From Lepidodermella squamata (lineage: Eukaryota > Animalia > Gastrotricha): 64,000 nucleotides of DNA. Within the stretch, counting starts at the first letter, position 1. Each line of letters starts with the position of its first letter. Both the position numbers and the translations under genes were made by a program. The stretch lies in contig JBLDXI010000036.1 in the NCBI GenBank assembly GCA_047495785.1, forward strand, positions 558,001 to 622,000. The letters run 5' to 3'. Below, piece by piece: positions 1 to 11,665 of this stretch. The notes below the pieces were generated by a model, which worked only from the letters and a program-made list of their open reading frames with translations, did no database searches and was not told the origin of the DNA.

Positions 1-22
1 TCATAGTGTAACGCAGAAAAAG

Positions 23-2539
23 ATGCCATCTCTTCTAGTACTTCTATTGACATCGGGAATTCATATCGAATCGAAACCATTCGAAAGCCCTATTAGCATG
101 ATTCCACTGAATGAAACAACTGCTTTCAAGCAGCTGGTTTGCCTTGATGAACCACCTATGCCGAAGTATGCAACAGCTTCCGATTTCAACTCGACCGGAA
201 ACAATAAAACACTGATAACAATTTTGGCTGGCATAAGTTACGCCGGAGAAATGCCAGTAGGTTCCATAGCCTCAAAATCTATCGAACTTGCGTTAGATCG
301 ACTGAAATCCTTACCAAACTTCCTCGAGGGATATGAACTGGCTGTTGAACTTTTCGATGATCAGGTAAATTCATATCAGTCCCATTATCCAGCCTAATTT
401 TTTCATAAATGTAGTGTCTTGATTACGTATCGATTCCTCAGATGTTTAATCGCCTTCGCGGCATCAAAGAAGGTACAAATCGACTGCCAATTTTTCTGAG
501 CCACGCCTGCGAATCAGTTGGAATCAGAACTTTCGCTGAATCTGCGAAATATTTCGATTGGCTGGCTCTGAGTCACCTTATAATCTCACCTGATATGAGC
601 CCTACTATCAAAGGAACCGGTTTCCGAATTACTACCCGTTACTTCAAAGATTCGAGGGTGGTCATTTAGCGGCAGTTGAGTTCATGCTTCGAATGGGCTG
701 GCGGAAAGTTGCAGTGATTTCTGAGAGTTTCCTACTCTACGACATGCTTCAAACCTTGCTACTACCATTACTAGACCGGAAGAACATGACCATAATCCAT
801 TTGAGTAAATCGTCCCATGTCGCAGTGTATGACGAAGAAATGCGGCCAGTTTTCGATGAGCTCAAAGAAATCGATGCGAGAATTTTCATTTTAGACGCAG
901 ATCGAGCCTCAGGCAAGGCGTGTTGGCTCCATCGTTACGGAATGTTCGGCTCGAATTACGTATCGATGTTCTGGTACTGGTCCGACAGTTACCCTAGTAG
1001 TCTTGTACCCCCAGAACAATCATCGTGGTGTACGATCGGTATGGTAAACGAAGTTATTGCTAATTCGATATTTTTCGGAGATTCAACGCTAGTAGACACA
1101 ATCGGGGCTAAGCATACTGGTGTAACGGGAATCACAGCTGCTGATTGGGAGATTCGAATGGAGGAGAAGGTCGCAAATCCTCAAGATAGTGGCCTATGGC
1201 ATATGTACTATCGCCTATGATGTCACAATCTTTGCCGGCCTACTCCTTAACAAAACCGAGCAAATCCTCAAAGATCGAAACCAAACTTTGCTAGATTGGG
1301 TTTCAGCTGGAGCTGGAAAGGGTCCAGAACTCATTAATCTTCTCATCGAGAATATATACACAGTTAACATGACTGGAATGAAGGGCTACTACAACTTTGA
1401 TAACAGGACGAAATTGAATACGAACGGGTTTGTTTCTATAACTCTAACTCAGTTCGACTCGTATCGCGATGCAAATGGCACAGTCATGCTTGGAAAACCT
1501 CGCATTGTTGCGGTCTATCATCCAGGTAAAGGTGGTCAACTTGAGGTTTTGAATGGATTGAAATGGAGAACAAAAGACGGCAGTCCACCCCTTGACTCAA
1601 AGGCCTACGTTAAAATCGAGTTTCCACAGCTATCCGTAATTCAGTATTCGATATTAACAACGATTACCGTCGTCCTAATGATTTTCTTAGCAGTTTTCGG
1701 AGGGCTAAGCCTATTCGTTCTGAAATCAAAGAAGGTTCCATCGTTTTTCAATCGATTTTCGGCTGATTCGGCGGTAGTCCCTTCTAATTTCTCCAGCCCC
1801 GATGTTTTGCTTCATTTCGGAAATTGGATTATGGTATCAAGCGTTTTGACACTTCCGTACCCAGATGTGAATATCAGAATATTAGACTACTGCCAAGCTA
1901 TGGCAATCCTTCTAATGAATGGATTTTTCACGTCTTTATTGGCGATTTTTTTCAAACTAGACCGATCTTCAAAGACCATCAAAGTTTTGATGTACTCTCT
2001 CCTGATTCTTCTAGCGTTCCTCTGCGTTTTTGCATCTCGCAGCTTTGTTGTAGGCGTTCATACTTTCCCCAAGTTTACATACGACGATACTGTCGTATTT
2101 CAACCTTTTCGGTACGAGTGCAACTTGGCAGTGAATCAGAGCGTGATTTCGCTTGTTTTCTTCGCGCTTCTCATCCTAATTACCGGCATAGCCGCCCTAC
2201 GAATGTCTGTTATCTGTTACAAAATTCGAACGGTATTTGCGAATTCAAATAATCACAAATCTGTACGCATTTTTGGTCTTCAGAAGATCAATGGACTTGG
2301 GCAGGATGATAAAAATCTAGCTGCGGCTTTTCTGCTTCTTATGGCAGCTGGGGCAGCTGGGGCAACTGTTTTGCTGAGTATCATTATCGAGCAATATATA
2401 CTCATTACTCATCATAATCGCTTGCTTCACATTCATCTATTGCGGCGTGACAAGCTGCGTTATATTCTTTTCGAAGGTTTTTTTCTTGTTTTTCATGATT
2501 TTTCCAGCTTGGATCGAAACCAAAGCTTTGATGATATGA
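23..2539 (+). pseudogene. Class C (GABA-B-like) GPCR: signal peptide, ANF/Venus-flytrap domain, 7TM; three apparent frameshifts (pseudogene or assembly indels)
   Basis: Exon 1 23-364 (CAG|GTAAAT), 50-nt intron, exon 2 from 415 gives DDQ|CLD. Motifs RNRFPNYY, GWRKVAVI, AYD and TM7 IFFSK lie in successive different frames, with shifts near 595, 1205 and 2395. Confidence 0.75.
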
Positions 2540-3022
2540 TACATGAGATATTCATGAGATGAAAATGAGAGTGCAATTTTGTTCACCTAATCTTGCTATC
2601 ACCGTACCATCGGAAAGTACATCTTTGACAGTGGTTATCAGTCAATGATATTTGTCTCTCCCCCTTCCTCTCTCTCCCACACTCTCTCTCTCTCTCTACA
2701 TCAAGGGAGAGAAATTGTTTTCCTACTCTTCGCAATAGCGATTGAAAATAATTGCCACCGCCAAGGCAATGAAACGGCTGATCATCTTGCTATTTCCTAT
2801 TTCATAACCGGATGTCTTCAATCTGTGAGTGGGAATTTTCAACAAAGGTTCTTAATAAGGTAATACCCATGCATTGCATTAATATTATATTAGGAGAAAA
2901 GACACGAGCTAAAACCTAATATACAAAAAATACTTGAAAGAAAAATACAAAACGTAGCACGTAAACACACAGGCGAGAGGAAACTCTTGTTTGAAAGCTC
3001 AGTTTATTGTTAAATTTTCAAA

Positions 3023-6000
3023 ATGCGTCTCTACATAGGATTTGCAATCGCTTTCGTTGGGCTGGCATCTGGACTGGTTGTTGCTCGAGATGATATTGAT
3101 ACTGTGGGTAAGTAACAGTTTAAAACATTGCAGCTAGCCATAGACAACACTGTAACAGATAGGAAACTAACGATCTTTCCATAGTGAATTTATTCGAGCT
3201 GTTATTGCAAAAAGGGCGGCACGCGACCACTTTTTATGCCACCCAACGCCCTATCCGCCCATTATAATTTTAATTAATTTCAAAAATAAAAAAAGCGGCA
3301 GGTACCTCTTTTGAAAATTTTGATGTTCTGCTCATAAATACTAGAAGCGGCCCTCTATCTAATGATACCAGGCACACCTAGTGTTCCCCTATGGATAATT
3401 TTCTAAAATTCGCCAAAAAGTGCTATAATTGGTGTTTTTGGGCAAAATTGCCATTCTTCTGCCACGGTTGGCTCTTTCGGAAAAATTTTGAAAAATTTGA
3501 AAAAATTAGTTTATCCATATTGAGAATTTTCTCTATCCGACGATATAAAATTTGTCGGTTAATTAATTTATTTCGATTTTCCGATTATTTCCGAGCTCGA
3601 AATTTTTTTATTTGCTACGATATTTCTGAATAAAGCAACTATGTGAGAGAATTCAAAGTCCAATATGCATAGCCGGAAATAATCGGAAAATCGAAATAAA
3701 TTAATTAACCGACAAATTTTATATCGTCGGATAGAGAAAATTCTCAATATGGATAAACTAATTTTTTCAAATTTTTCAAAATTTTTCCGAAAGAGCCAAC
3801 CGTGGCAGAAGAATGGCAATTTTGCCCAAAAACACCAATTATAGCACTTTTTGGCGAATTTTAGAAAATTATCCATAGGGGAACACTAGGTGTGCCTGGT
3901 ATCATTAGATACCCAGTCGAAAAAAAGTAGACCATGGCTGGATCTAAATTTGACACTGGGATAGATCGTATGGGTTCGACCCTACGTAGATCCAGTGGTA
4001 AAATTTGGACCTACATAGGATCGATGCCCGTGGATCCAGTCTAATAGATCGACAATAGGTCAGAAAAACAGCTATTTCAGACGACTATTTTGCCTTTTGG
4101 ATCTACGTACGATCTACTGAGCTCTCGGTCTACTGATTTTCGTCTGGGTAGAGGGCCGCTTCTAGTATTTATGAGCAGAACATCAAAATTTTCAAAAGAG
4201 GTACCTGCCGCTTTTTTTATTTTTGAAATTAATTAAAATTATAATGGGCGGATAGGGCGTTGGGTGGCATAAAAAGTGGTCGCGTGCCGCCCTTTTTGCA
4301 ATAACAGCTCGAATAAATTCACTATGGAAAGATCGTTAGTTTCCTATCTGTTACAGTGTTGTCTATGCAGCTAGCTTTTAACCAATTTTGTAATGTGGGC
4401 TGTTAAGACTGCGGTACTGTTCCCACAATCCGAAACGGCAACGTATCTCCTGGTCTATCGAGCTTCGGAGCCACTCGAACCATATCATGCGACGAAAACT
4501 TCGAAATTCAAGGAAATGCCGCCATTTTGTGCCTATCGTACTCAACCTGGTCCCAGCCTGGTTCTTGCGTCTTCAGAGAGTCACCATCTGTAAGTTGCTG
4601 CCACATATTCACATCGATGTCTGCTTCTAAGGTCTAATGTTTTCATTTGGTTTTCGGGCAAGGAAAACATTCCCCTTTAACCCTTTCACGGCGGGAACGA
4701 CGATTTCGGAATTTCGAATTTGAACATTCCCAGAAAATCGAATTTGGGTAAATTTGAGGAATATTTCTTTCCGATGCTGGCTACAAAGTTTTGAGACCAG
4801 GACACCGTTATCTTGCATGGTCAGGGCATGCTAGCAATATGAAAGTAGTAAACCTGATATTGAAATTTCGATTTTTTTCAACTTGAAATTTAATAGGTTT
4901 CTGATCATTTTCCACCATGGTCTCATTGACCTCTGTTTAAATCTGTTTGAGTTGGAAATTAAAAATGACGAAGCTATTAAAGTTCAATCGAACCGGCCGA
5001 ATTCGTCCTATCCGCTCAGTCTTATTCAGGCGGATTCACGCGTGATTTTCGTGCTGCAAAACTGTCGCGTGGAAAAACTGGAAATGCTGAATTCCGATTT
5101 GAATGCTGAGCCTCTGGAACTTTCTAAACTGAATGTTTTTGGTGATATAGCGATATAATTAAGGGAAAATCTCAGGGACTAATTTAGAATCTAAAATTCC
5201 AAAGCTAAAGGCACCTGACACCTGACATTGAAATTAGGGTGCTCCACAAATCGCCTCAAATCAGCCGGGCGGATAGGACCAGTTATCGACCAGTTTTTGT
5301 ACCGCCGTAACGTATAAAGAACGTTGATAGATAAAGACAAAAGAATTTCAAAATCGTGATCAGGGCCTTCGAAAACCCCTCGAACTGTCGAATAATTCCG
5401 CCATGAAAGGATGAAGTTTTAAAGATCTTGACGTTATATTTGTCCAGGCGGAGATAAGATCATTTGGGCTGGCTGGTTGTGTAGTGTACGCGTGGTAGTG
5501 CTTATTGCGTGACCTCACAGTGTCCATGGATTTTTTATTTTCCATATTTCTCGCTAAATTCGACTGAGATGGTACCTCTATTGTAACGAGAATTGGGTAT
5601 TTCGGGAGGTTAGCCGGGATAGTGGCCCGGATAACAACTATATCGGGAAGCTTTTAAGCGAATAGGTCAAATACTCGCCTTCAGGCCGCTATTCCGACCT
5701 TCGGCTGCGCCTCTGGTCTCCACTCAGATATTTTCCACCATCCGCTACAAAACTCCCATATATTGTATAATATTTCTATGTTTTTCATTTAGATTCGCGC
5801 AGCATACGAGAGGCTGTGGAATGCAACAGCCGAGGCGGAAGACGTGGACCTGGTGAGACAACTGATTGCGGAGATCGACAATGCCACTGGCGGCAAATTC
5901 AACCCGAACTGGCGCAACCCAGAGCTGTTCATCTGCAATTCGCTAATATGGGAAATGACGAATACTCCTCTGCTTCACAGTGTCATGTGTGCTAATGGGA

Positions 6001-7370
6001 CGCAATCAAACCAGCGAGTGCAAATAGCGCAACTGTTGATCGAGGATCAAGGAGCTGATGTGAATTCGAAGGAGGGTTCATACGGTTGGACGGCGTTGAT
6101 AATTGCGGCTAGCGATGGGCGTGTCGACCTAGTTAGATTATTGCTGGATCGCAACGCTTCAATCGAAGCTGGCGATGACATTGACGAGACGGCTTTAATA
6201 AATGCGGCTCAGTATGGGCACGCCGAAGTTGTTCGACTGCTGCTTGATCGCAACGCTTCAATCGACGCTGAGGATAACGATGGCCTGACGGCTTTGATGC
6301 GTGCGGTTTCAAATGGGGACACCGAAGTAGTTCGACTGCTGCTTGATCGCAACGCTTCAATCGACGCTGAGGATAACGATGGCCATACGGCTTTGATGTT
6401 CGCGGTTCCAAGTGAGCACACCGAAGTAGTTCGCCTGCTGATTGATCGCAATGCTTCAATCGAAGCTGGAGATAACGATGGCCAGACGGCTTTGATGCGT
6501 GCGGCCATGTGGGGGCGTATCGAGGCAATTCGGCTGCTGTTGGATCGCAATGCTTCAATCGAAGCTAAGAATTACGCTGGCCTGACGGCATTGATGCGTG
6601 CGGCCATGTGGGGGCGTATCGAGGCAATTCGGCTGCTGTTGGATCGCAATGCTAACATCGAGGCGAAAGATCACTATAACATGACGGCGTTGATGCGTGC
6701 GGCTGATTATGCGCGTGCCGGGGCAGTTAGACTGCTGCTTGATCGCAACGCTGACATTGAGGCCAAGGATAGCACTGACATGACGGCGTTGATGTATGCG
6801 GCTGGTTTTACGAGTAACATTATGTTTCGAGCGATGATGGATCGCGCCGATTCTATGGGAACACAGGAAAACAATTGCTCGACCGCGTTGATTGATGCGG
6901 CAAGAAGAGAGCAGGTCGAAGTAGTTCGACTGCTGCTGGATCGCAATGCCGACATCAATGCCAAGAATAAGAATGGCTGGACGGCGTTGCTGTGGGCGGC
7001 TGGTTATGGGAGTGGAATTATGGTTCTAGCGATGGCGGATCGCAACAATTCTATAGGGACACTGGAAAGCAATTGCTCGACCGCGTTGATTGATGCGGCT
7101 AGAATAGAGCAGGTCGACGTAGTTCGACTGCTTCTGGATCGCAATGCCGACATCAATGCTAAGGATGAGAATGGCTGGACCGCGTTACTGCGGGCGACTG
7201 AGGAAGAACAACTAGAGGTAGTTGGACTGTTGCTAGATAGAGGTGCAAATACGGATGTCAGAACTTCATATGGCGGCACAGCGCTTGATTTGGCGATTTG
7301 CAAAAAGAATGCCGCTTTGGCCGCTCTGCTGAGATCTCGAGGAGCAAGTCGAGCGAGGTCATCCTGCTGA
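3023..7370 (+). CDS. Secreted Sushi/CCP-ankyrin repeat protein, copy 1 (exons 3023-3107, 4408-4589, 5793-7370; 614 aa, ~14 ankyrin repeats)
   Basis: Exon 1 is a signal peptide (MRLYIGFAIAFVGLASGLVVA). Exon 2 DCGTVPTIRNG...TISCDENFEIQGNAAILCLSYSTWSQPGSC matches the CCP consensus with 4 Cys and Trp. GT-AG sites have compatible phases (1, 0). Exon 3 has TAL-x-x-AA ankyrin repeats. Confidence 0.85.
3139..4367. mobile_element. Foldback non-autonomous DNA transposon (P/Galileo-like) in intron 1
   Basis: 455-bp inverted arms (3139-3593 and 3674-4367 minus a nested insert), 80-bp spacer, CATAG termini, 8-bp TSD CAGCTAGC. The paralogous site near 11774 has a single CAGCTAGC (empty site). Confidence 0.9.
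3912..4148. mobile_element. Nested MITE with CCCAG termini and TA TSD (EnSpm/CMC-like)
   Basis: TA|CCCAGTCGAAAA...TTTTCGTCTGGG|TA interrupts only the right arm of the foldback. A diverged inverted copy lies at ~31245-31390. Confidence 0.85.
4681..5411. mobile_element. piggyBac-like MITE in intron 2 (relics also in copies 2 and 3)
   Basis: Left end TTAA|CCCTTTCACGGCGG, right end CCGCCATGAAAGG; the copy-2 version ends ...GAAAGGC|TTAA at 12491. Confidence 0.6.
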
Positions 7371-9134
7371 CGAGACCTAAGACCCACAGAGTTGGACGGC
7401 GTTCAGTTGGAACTGAGATTATCTGATTATCTGTATATACTTGCAGTGAAAGTTGTCTAAACCGGGCTCGGACCGCAAAATGTCCCATTTCAGACGAAGT
7501 CCGCACTATTTATACTACACGCATTAATATTTTCAATTGCCACACTTGTTACCTGAGCAGCCATTTGCGATTTCTGAATACACGATAGAAAACTGTAGTT
7601 AGCAATATTTACTCAAGCAATCGGGGGATTTTATATTATCCGAACAATATAAATAAATATGTGGTAGAAAATAAATGTTCGTGAGCTGTAAAATAACTTT
7701 GAACCTAACAGCAGCACAGTGAACAAATGAATCGCAGCAAGGAATCAAGGAATCATGAATGAATCATGAATGACTCGTAAGACTCGTAGACTGAAATCAC
7801 GAGGAGTTATCAACCTTTTTTAGCCTCTTGTTTGGCCAATGCTATATACAGTGTGTCCGCGAAATAATACGCAAAACTATTTTTAGACTTGTAAGGCTAG
7901 TCGCAGAAATTGCTCAAGGCGCGTGACTCTTTAGGCTAGTTTTCAAATGAAGCGAGTCTCACACGTGCCACTATGAAAAAAAAAAGATATGTTTTTTTAT
8001 GAATGCACACACAAGAAAATAAGAATTTAGATGATCAAATTATTTTTTCCAAACTATTATCGAGGGTGTTTAACAGAACTACTCTCAAAATGGAATATAA
8101 AAATAAATTCAAAGTTTCATTCCTTGATGCGTCCAGTTGTCATATGTCATAGAATCAGTCATATCAGTTGTCATAGAATTAAGCTTCAAAAAATGAAAAG
8201 AGTTTGGTTCATATCGCCCATTTGACATGGATTACAGTGTCTGATCAGTGTCAAAAGCCATAAAATACATTCATTACCATCATTGCCATAGAAGTGGAAT
8301 ACGACGACGAAGAAGACGCAAAAAATAAGAGCAAGTGCGACGTGGACAAGTGCGAGCTAAAAATAGGTCGGCAAATTCATTCCTTGATGCGTCCTGTAGT
8401 CAAATAATGTCCTGACGACATTCGAATTAATTTTCATATCAAAAATAAGGAGAAACAACGGTAATGAGAAGCAGCCCGAGCGCCGAGATGAATGGAATTA
8501 AATTGAATTTAGAATTAAGCTTTTTTGTGAAAAGCTTACGGTGAGCCACGGTCACCTTCAACAAAAAGCAAAAAGCAACTACATATGCTACGGGGAATCA
8601 TTACCTCTCATCGAGCTGGTATGTTCTCCGTTTTCGTCTTCGGTGATCTCCTACGAGACTATAACGATTGATTTCAGATGACATTTCTTTTCTGTTAAAT
8701 TAAATAAACTTTCACTTTCTAATACAGTTCTGGTGACATTTAAGTATGTAAACGTACTAAGTATTCGATGCTGAACATTTTAAAATTAAAATTATCATTA
8801 AAATCGTACACAAAAAAATAATCTGCCAATAGAAGCTTAATTTACTGCCAAAAAAGCATGGTCCTATTCAAAAGACCAACCCTTCGATTAACATTATGAT
8901 GAATAAGCTTTAAAATGAGAAGAATCTAGCTAGACTGCTCAAATCTAAAGTTGAAGGAAAATTAATGATTTTTTATCTATATCGATGTTACTATTCACTT
9001 TGCTTGTTGTGATTTTGCGGCCTTCACTATCGCTTTGTTGGCTTTTTTGGTTTATACTGGTTCTGGACCGATCCACGTCGCTGTCACACTTTTCACTGAA
9101 ATCAAAACTGTGGCTAGTCTACCCAAAATATATA

Positions 9135-9323
9135 TCTTTAGCAACGTTGAATAACTCGGATTTAGGCTTGTTTACATCAATTTCAAGGTGATAAGTGACA
9201 AGTAAAAAGTCTTTTGTTTTGCCTCTTCATTCACGTTAAGAAACCCGGCTTTTTACTTGTCGCCCGTGGTCTTGAAATGGATGTAAACAAGCCTAAATCC
9301 GAGTTATTCAACGTCGCTAACGA
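9135..9323. mobile_element. MITE with ~45-bp TIRs and TA TSD
   Basis: TTAGCAACGTTGAATAACTCGGATTTAGGCTTGTTTACATC is inverted at ~9280-9320. It is absent from the paralogous site near 16700. Confidence 0.8.
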
Positions 9324-10636
9324 TATTTTCTGAAAGCTTAGGACTTAAGCTATCAAAAAATGAAAAGAGTTTGGTTCATTTCGCCCATTTGACATGGATT
9401 ACAGTGTCTGATCAGTGTCAAAAGCCATAAAATACATTCATTACCATCATTGCCATAGAAGTGGAATACGACGACGAAGAAGACGCAAAAAATAAGAGCA
9501 ACCATTCACGTGGACAAGTGCGAGCTAAAAATAGGTCGGCAAATGAATTTAGTGCCGTTGCAATTTCTAATGGGAAAAGCGTAGCAGTTATAAAACAAAG
9601 AAAATAGAACAAAGAAAACAAAGAACCACTAAAATCATTCTTAGGATATCCAAGTGTTGTTGCAAATCCTTATCTATCATTTCTCTACCAAGAAAAACCA
9701 TAAAACATAAAAACATAAAAATAAGTATAAAATACCCAGGAACGGCAGGAACGGGATTTTCTGGTTTTTGGCTATTTTTATTGTCTTTTTAGCCGTCCGA
9801 AGGTGTAAGGTAGTTTTGAATAATTTTTTGAAGACCAGGTCGCATATTCCGGGAAAGTGTTTGCTCTTAATCAATCGTTATGACCTCTAATCATTATAAA
9901 AATTCCTATTAGTGCCGGCTAAACCAATTAAGGGAGGTTTCCAGGAATTTTAGTGGTACCTATTTTTTTCTCTGTCGGTGACACTCATTTTTGCAGGTCA
10001 TCATTTGGCAGTGACCGCTCGATCAGGAAATGAATAATTTTTAATTTCTAACAAGCATAGCCTTTCTTCTGATATCTTATTTGGACCATAATGTCTGATA
10101 TCTGATTAAGGAAATTCATTAGAAAATTTTGTTATAAACACGTTGGACAACGATTCTCTGTCGGTGACGACCCACTTTACCCCACCCAGTTTGTAATTGG
10201 CGATGGATTCATACTTAGAATCGCCTTAGAAATGAAGTATAGCAGGAGACTGTTCGATTAAAGTTATTTTTATTGAGGTGAACTTTTCGAAGACATTGGA
10301 ACGTTTCGAACTTGAAATTTTTTTACGAATCTCTGTCGGTGACGCGTGGATCCGTCCTTCTCTGGTTTATTTTTAGCCTTGATAATTCGTCGGCTTTATT
10401 GATGAGTTTGATAATAAACTACCGTGGTGGTCTCAAATTGGCTTCTTCATTATTTGGAAATCTCACGGTCAAACAACCGATGGTATTAACCATCAACGAA
10501 GTTGTGTTTTCTGCTCTTGAATTTGTATTTAAAATTCTTTTTAAATAATTTGTAACCAATGCTATATTTCATGCATTATTCGGAGGAGCTAAAATTTACA
10601 TTTCAAATTTCTTATATAAATAGGTAAACAAAGGCA

Positions 10637-11060
10637 TTTTTTTATTTATGTATAATATTCAGCCCCCTTTCGGGTGGTGTCAAAAGGTAAGGCCTAGAAC
10701 ATTTATAGAATGTTTGAACGATTCAGGGTCTGTTGCCCACGGGAAGACGGATTTAGGTAGCTGGTTCCACTTTTGTATTATCGCTGCCATGCGCAAGAAC
10801 GGGTCGATGTCGCGGACCGAGCTCGGCGTGTTGAGTCTGATTTAATAGCTGTGTTCGCGTTCAGCGTTCCGCAGTCTGCCTGGTCTTCGTGCCACTCTAA
10901 CAAACCTCGCCCTGATTTGCTGAGTACCACGTCGAGCTACAATTATTTTATATAGGTAGCACATCACGCCGACGAATCGGCGTTTAGCAAGAGGCTGAAG
11001 TGTCACCCCTGTTGCTCTGACAAATCGGTCTTGAACTTGGTCGAGCATTTTTCCGAGCAA
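10637..11060 (-). mobile_element. 5'-truncated LINE 3' fragment (duplicated at ~17989-18412)
   Basis: LDQVQDRFVRATG...LAKRRFVG resembles a LINE ORF2 C-terminus and the 12562-12999 ORF; A-rich tail on the minus strand. Confidence 0.65.
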
Positions 11061-11665
11061 TATCCGTACTCCCGTATCCCCGCTACTTATCACACTGGTC
11101 TCGCGTGTCATTGCAAGATATTTCTGCAAATGTCATAGAAAGCATCGTTCCACCTAATCGGAACCAGAGTTTGATAGTTCGACTCCAGCAATCATCACTT
11201 ATTTTTTTTATAATTTCTCAGTTGCTTCGATCTTTTGGAAGTTTTTCATAGTTACGAAATGCGGAAATGCCGATATGACGAGACTGCCACACTTGCATAG
11301 ACTTGGAAGCGTAGTGTTCCGACTTCACGCTTTGATCACGTGGGCACCTTTGACCTCCAAAACAGTAGTATAATGCTACCCTACGTCAAAGGAGCGGTTG
11401 TTTTCCTCCTCTTCGCAATAATCGCCACTGTCAAGACACTGAAACGACTGATCCTCCTTGCCATTTCATAACCGGATGTCCTCAATCTATGAGTGGGAAT
11501 TTTAAACAAAGGATCTGAATAAGATATTACCCACGCATTGCATTGAGTTGAAACCTAATATATGGAAAGTACTTGAACGAAAAAAACAACACGTAGCACG
11601 TAAATGCGCACACAGGCAAGAGGAAACTCTTGTTTGAAAGCTCAGTTTCTTGTTAAATTTTCAAA

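Noticed and set aside
3391-3876. Two ORFs with identical N-termini on opposite strands
   Set aside because: Artefact of the foldback inverted arms.
4393-4593. Thrice-repeated MWAVK... ORF (also 11799, 19166)
   Set aside because: Wrong-frame reading of the Sushi exon.
6133-7387. Antisense ORFs over the ankyrin exons
   Set aside because: Shadows of the 99-bp coding repeats.
7849-7880. TA|CAGTGTGTCCGCGAAAT, a Tc1/mariner-like left end (also ~15637)
   Set aside because: No matching right TIR found.
9969-10345. Three TCTCTGTCGGTGAC repeats spaced ~175-187 bp apart
   Set aside because: Not CRISPR-like (eukaryotic context, long spacers); probably transposon-internal repeats, boundaries unresolved.
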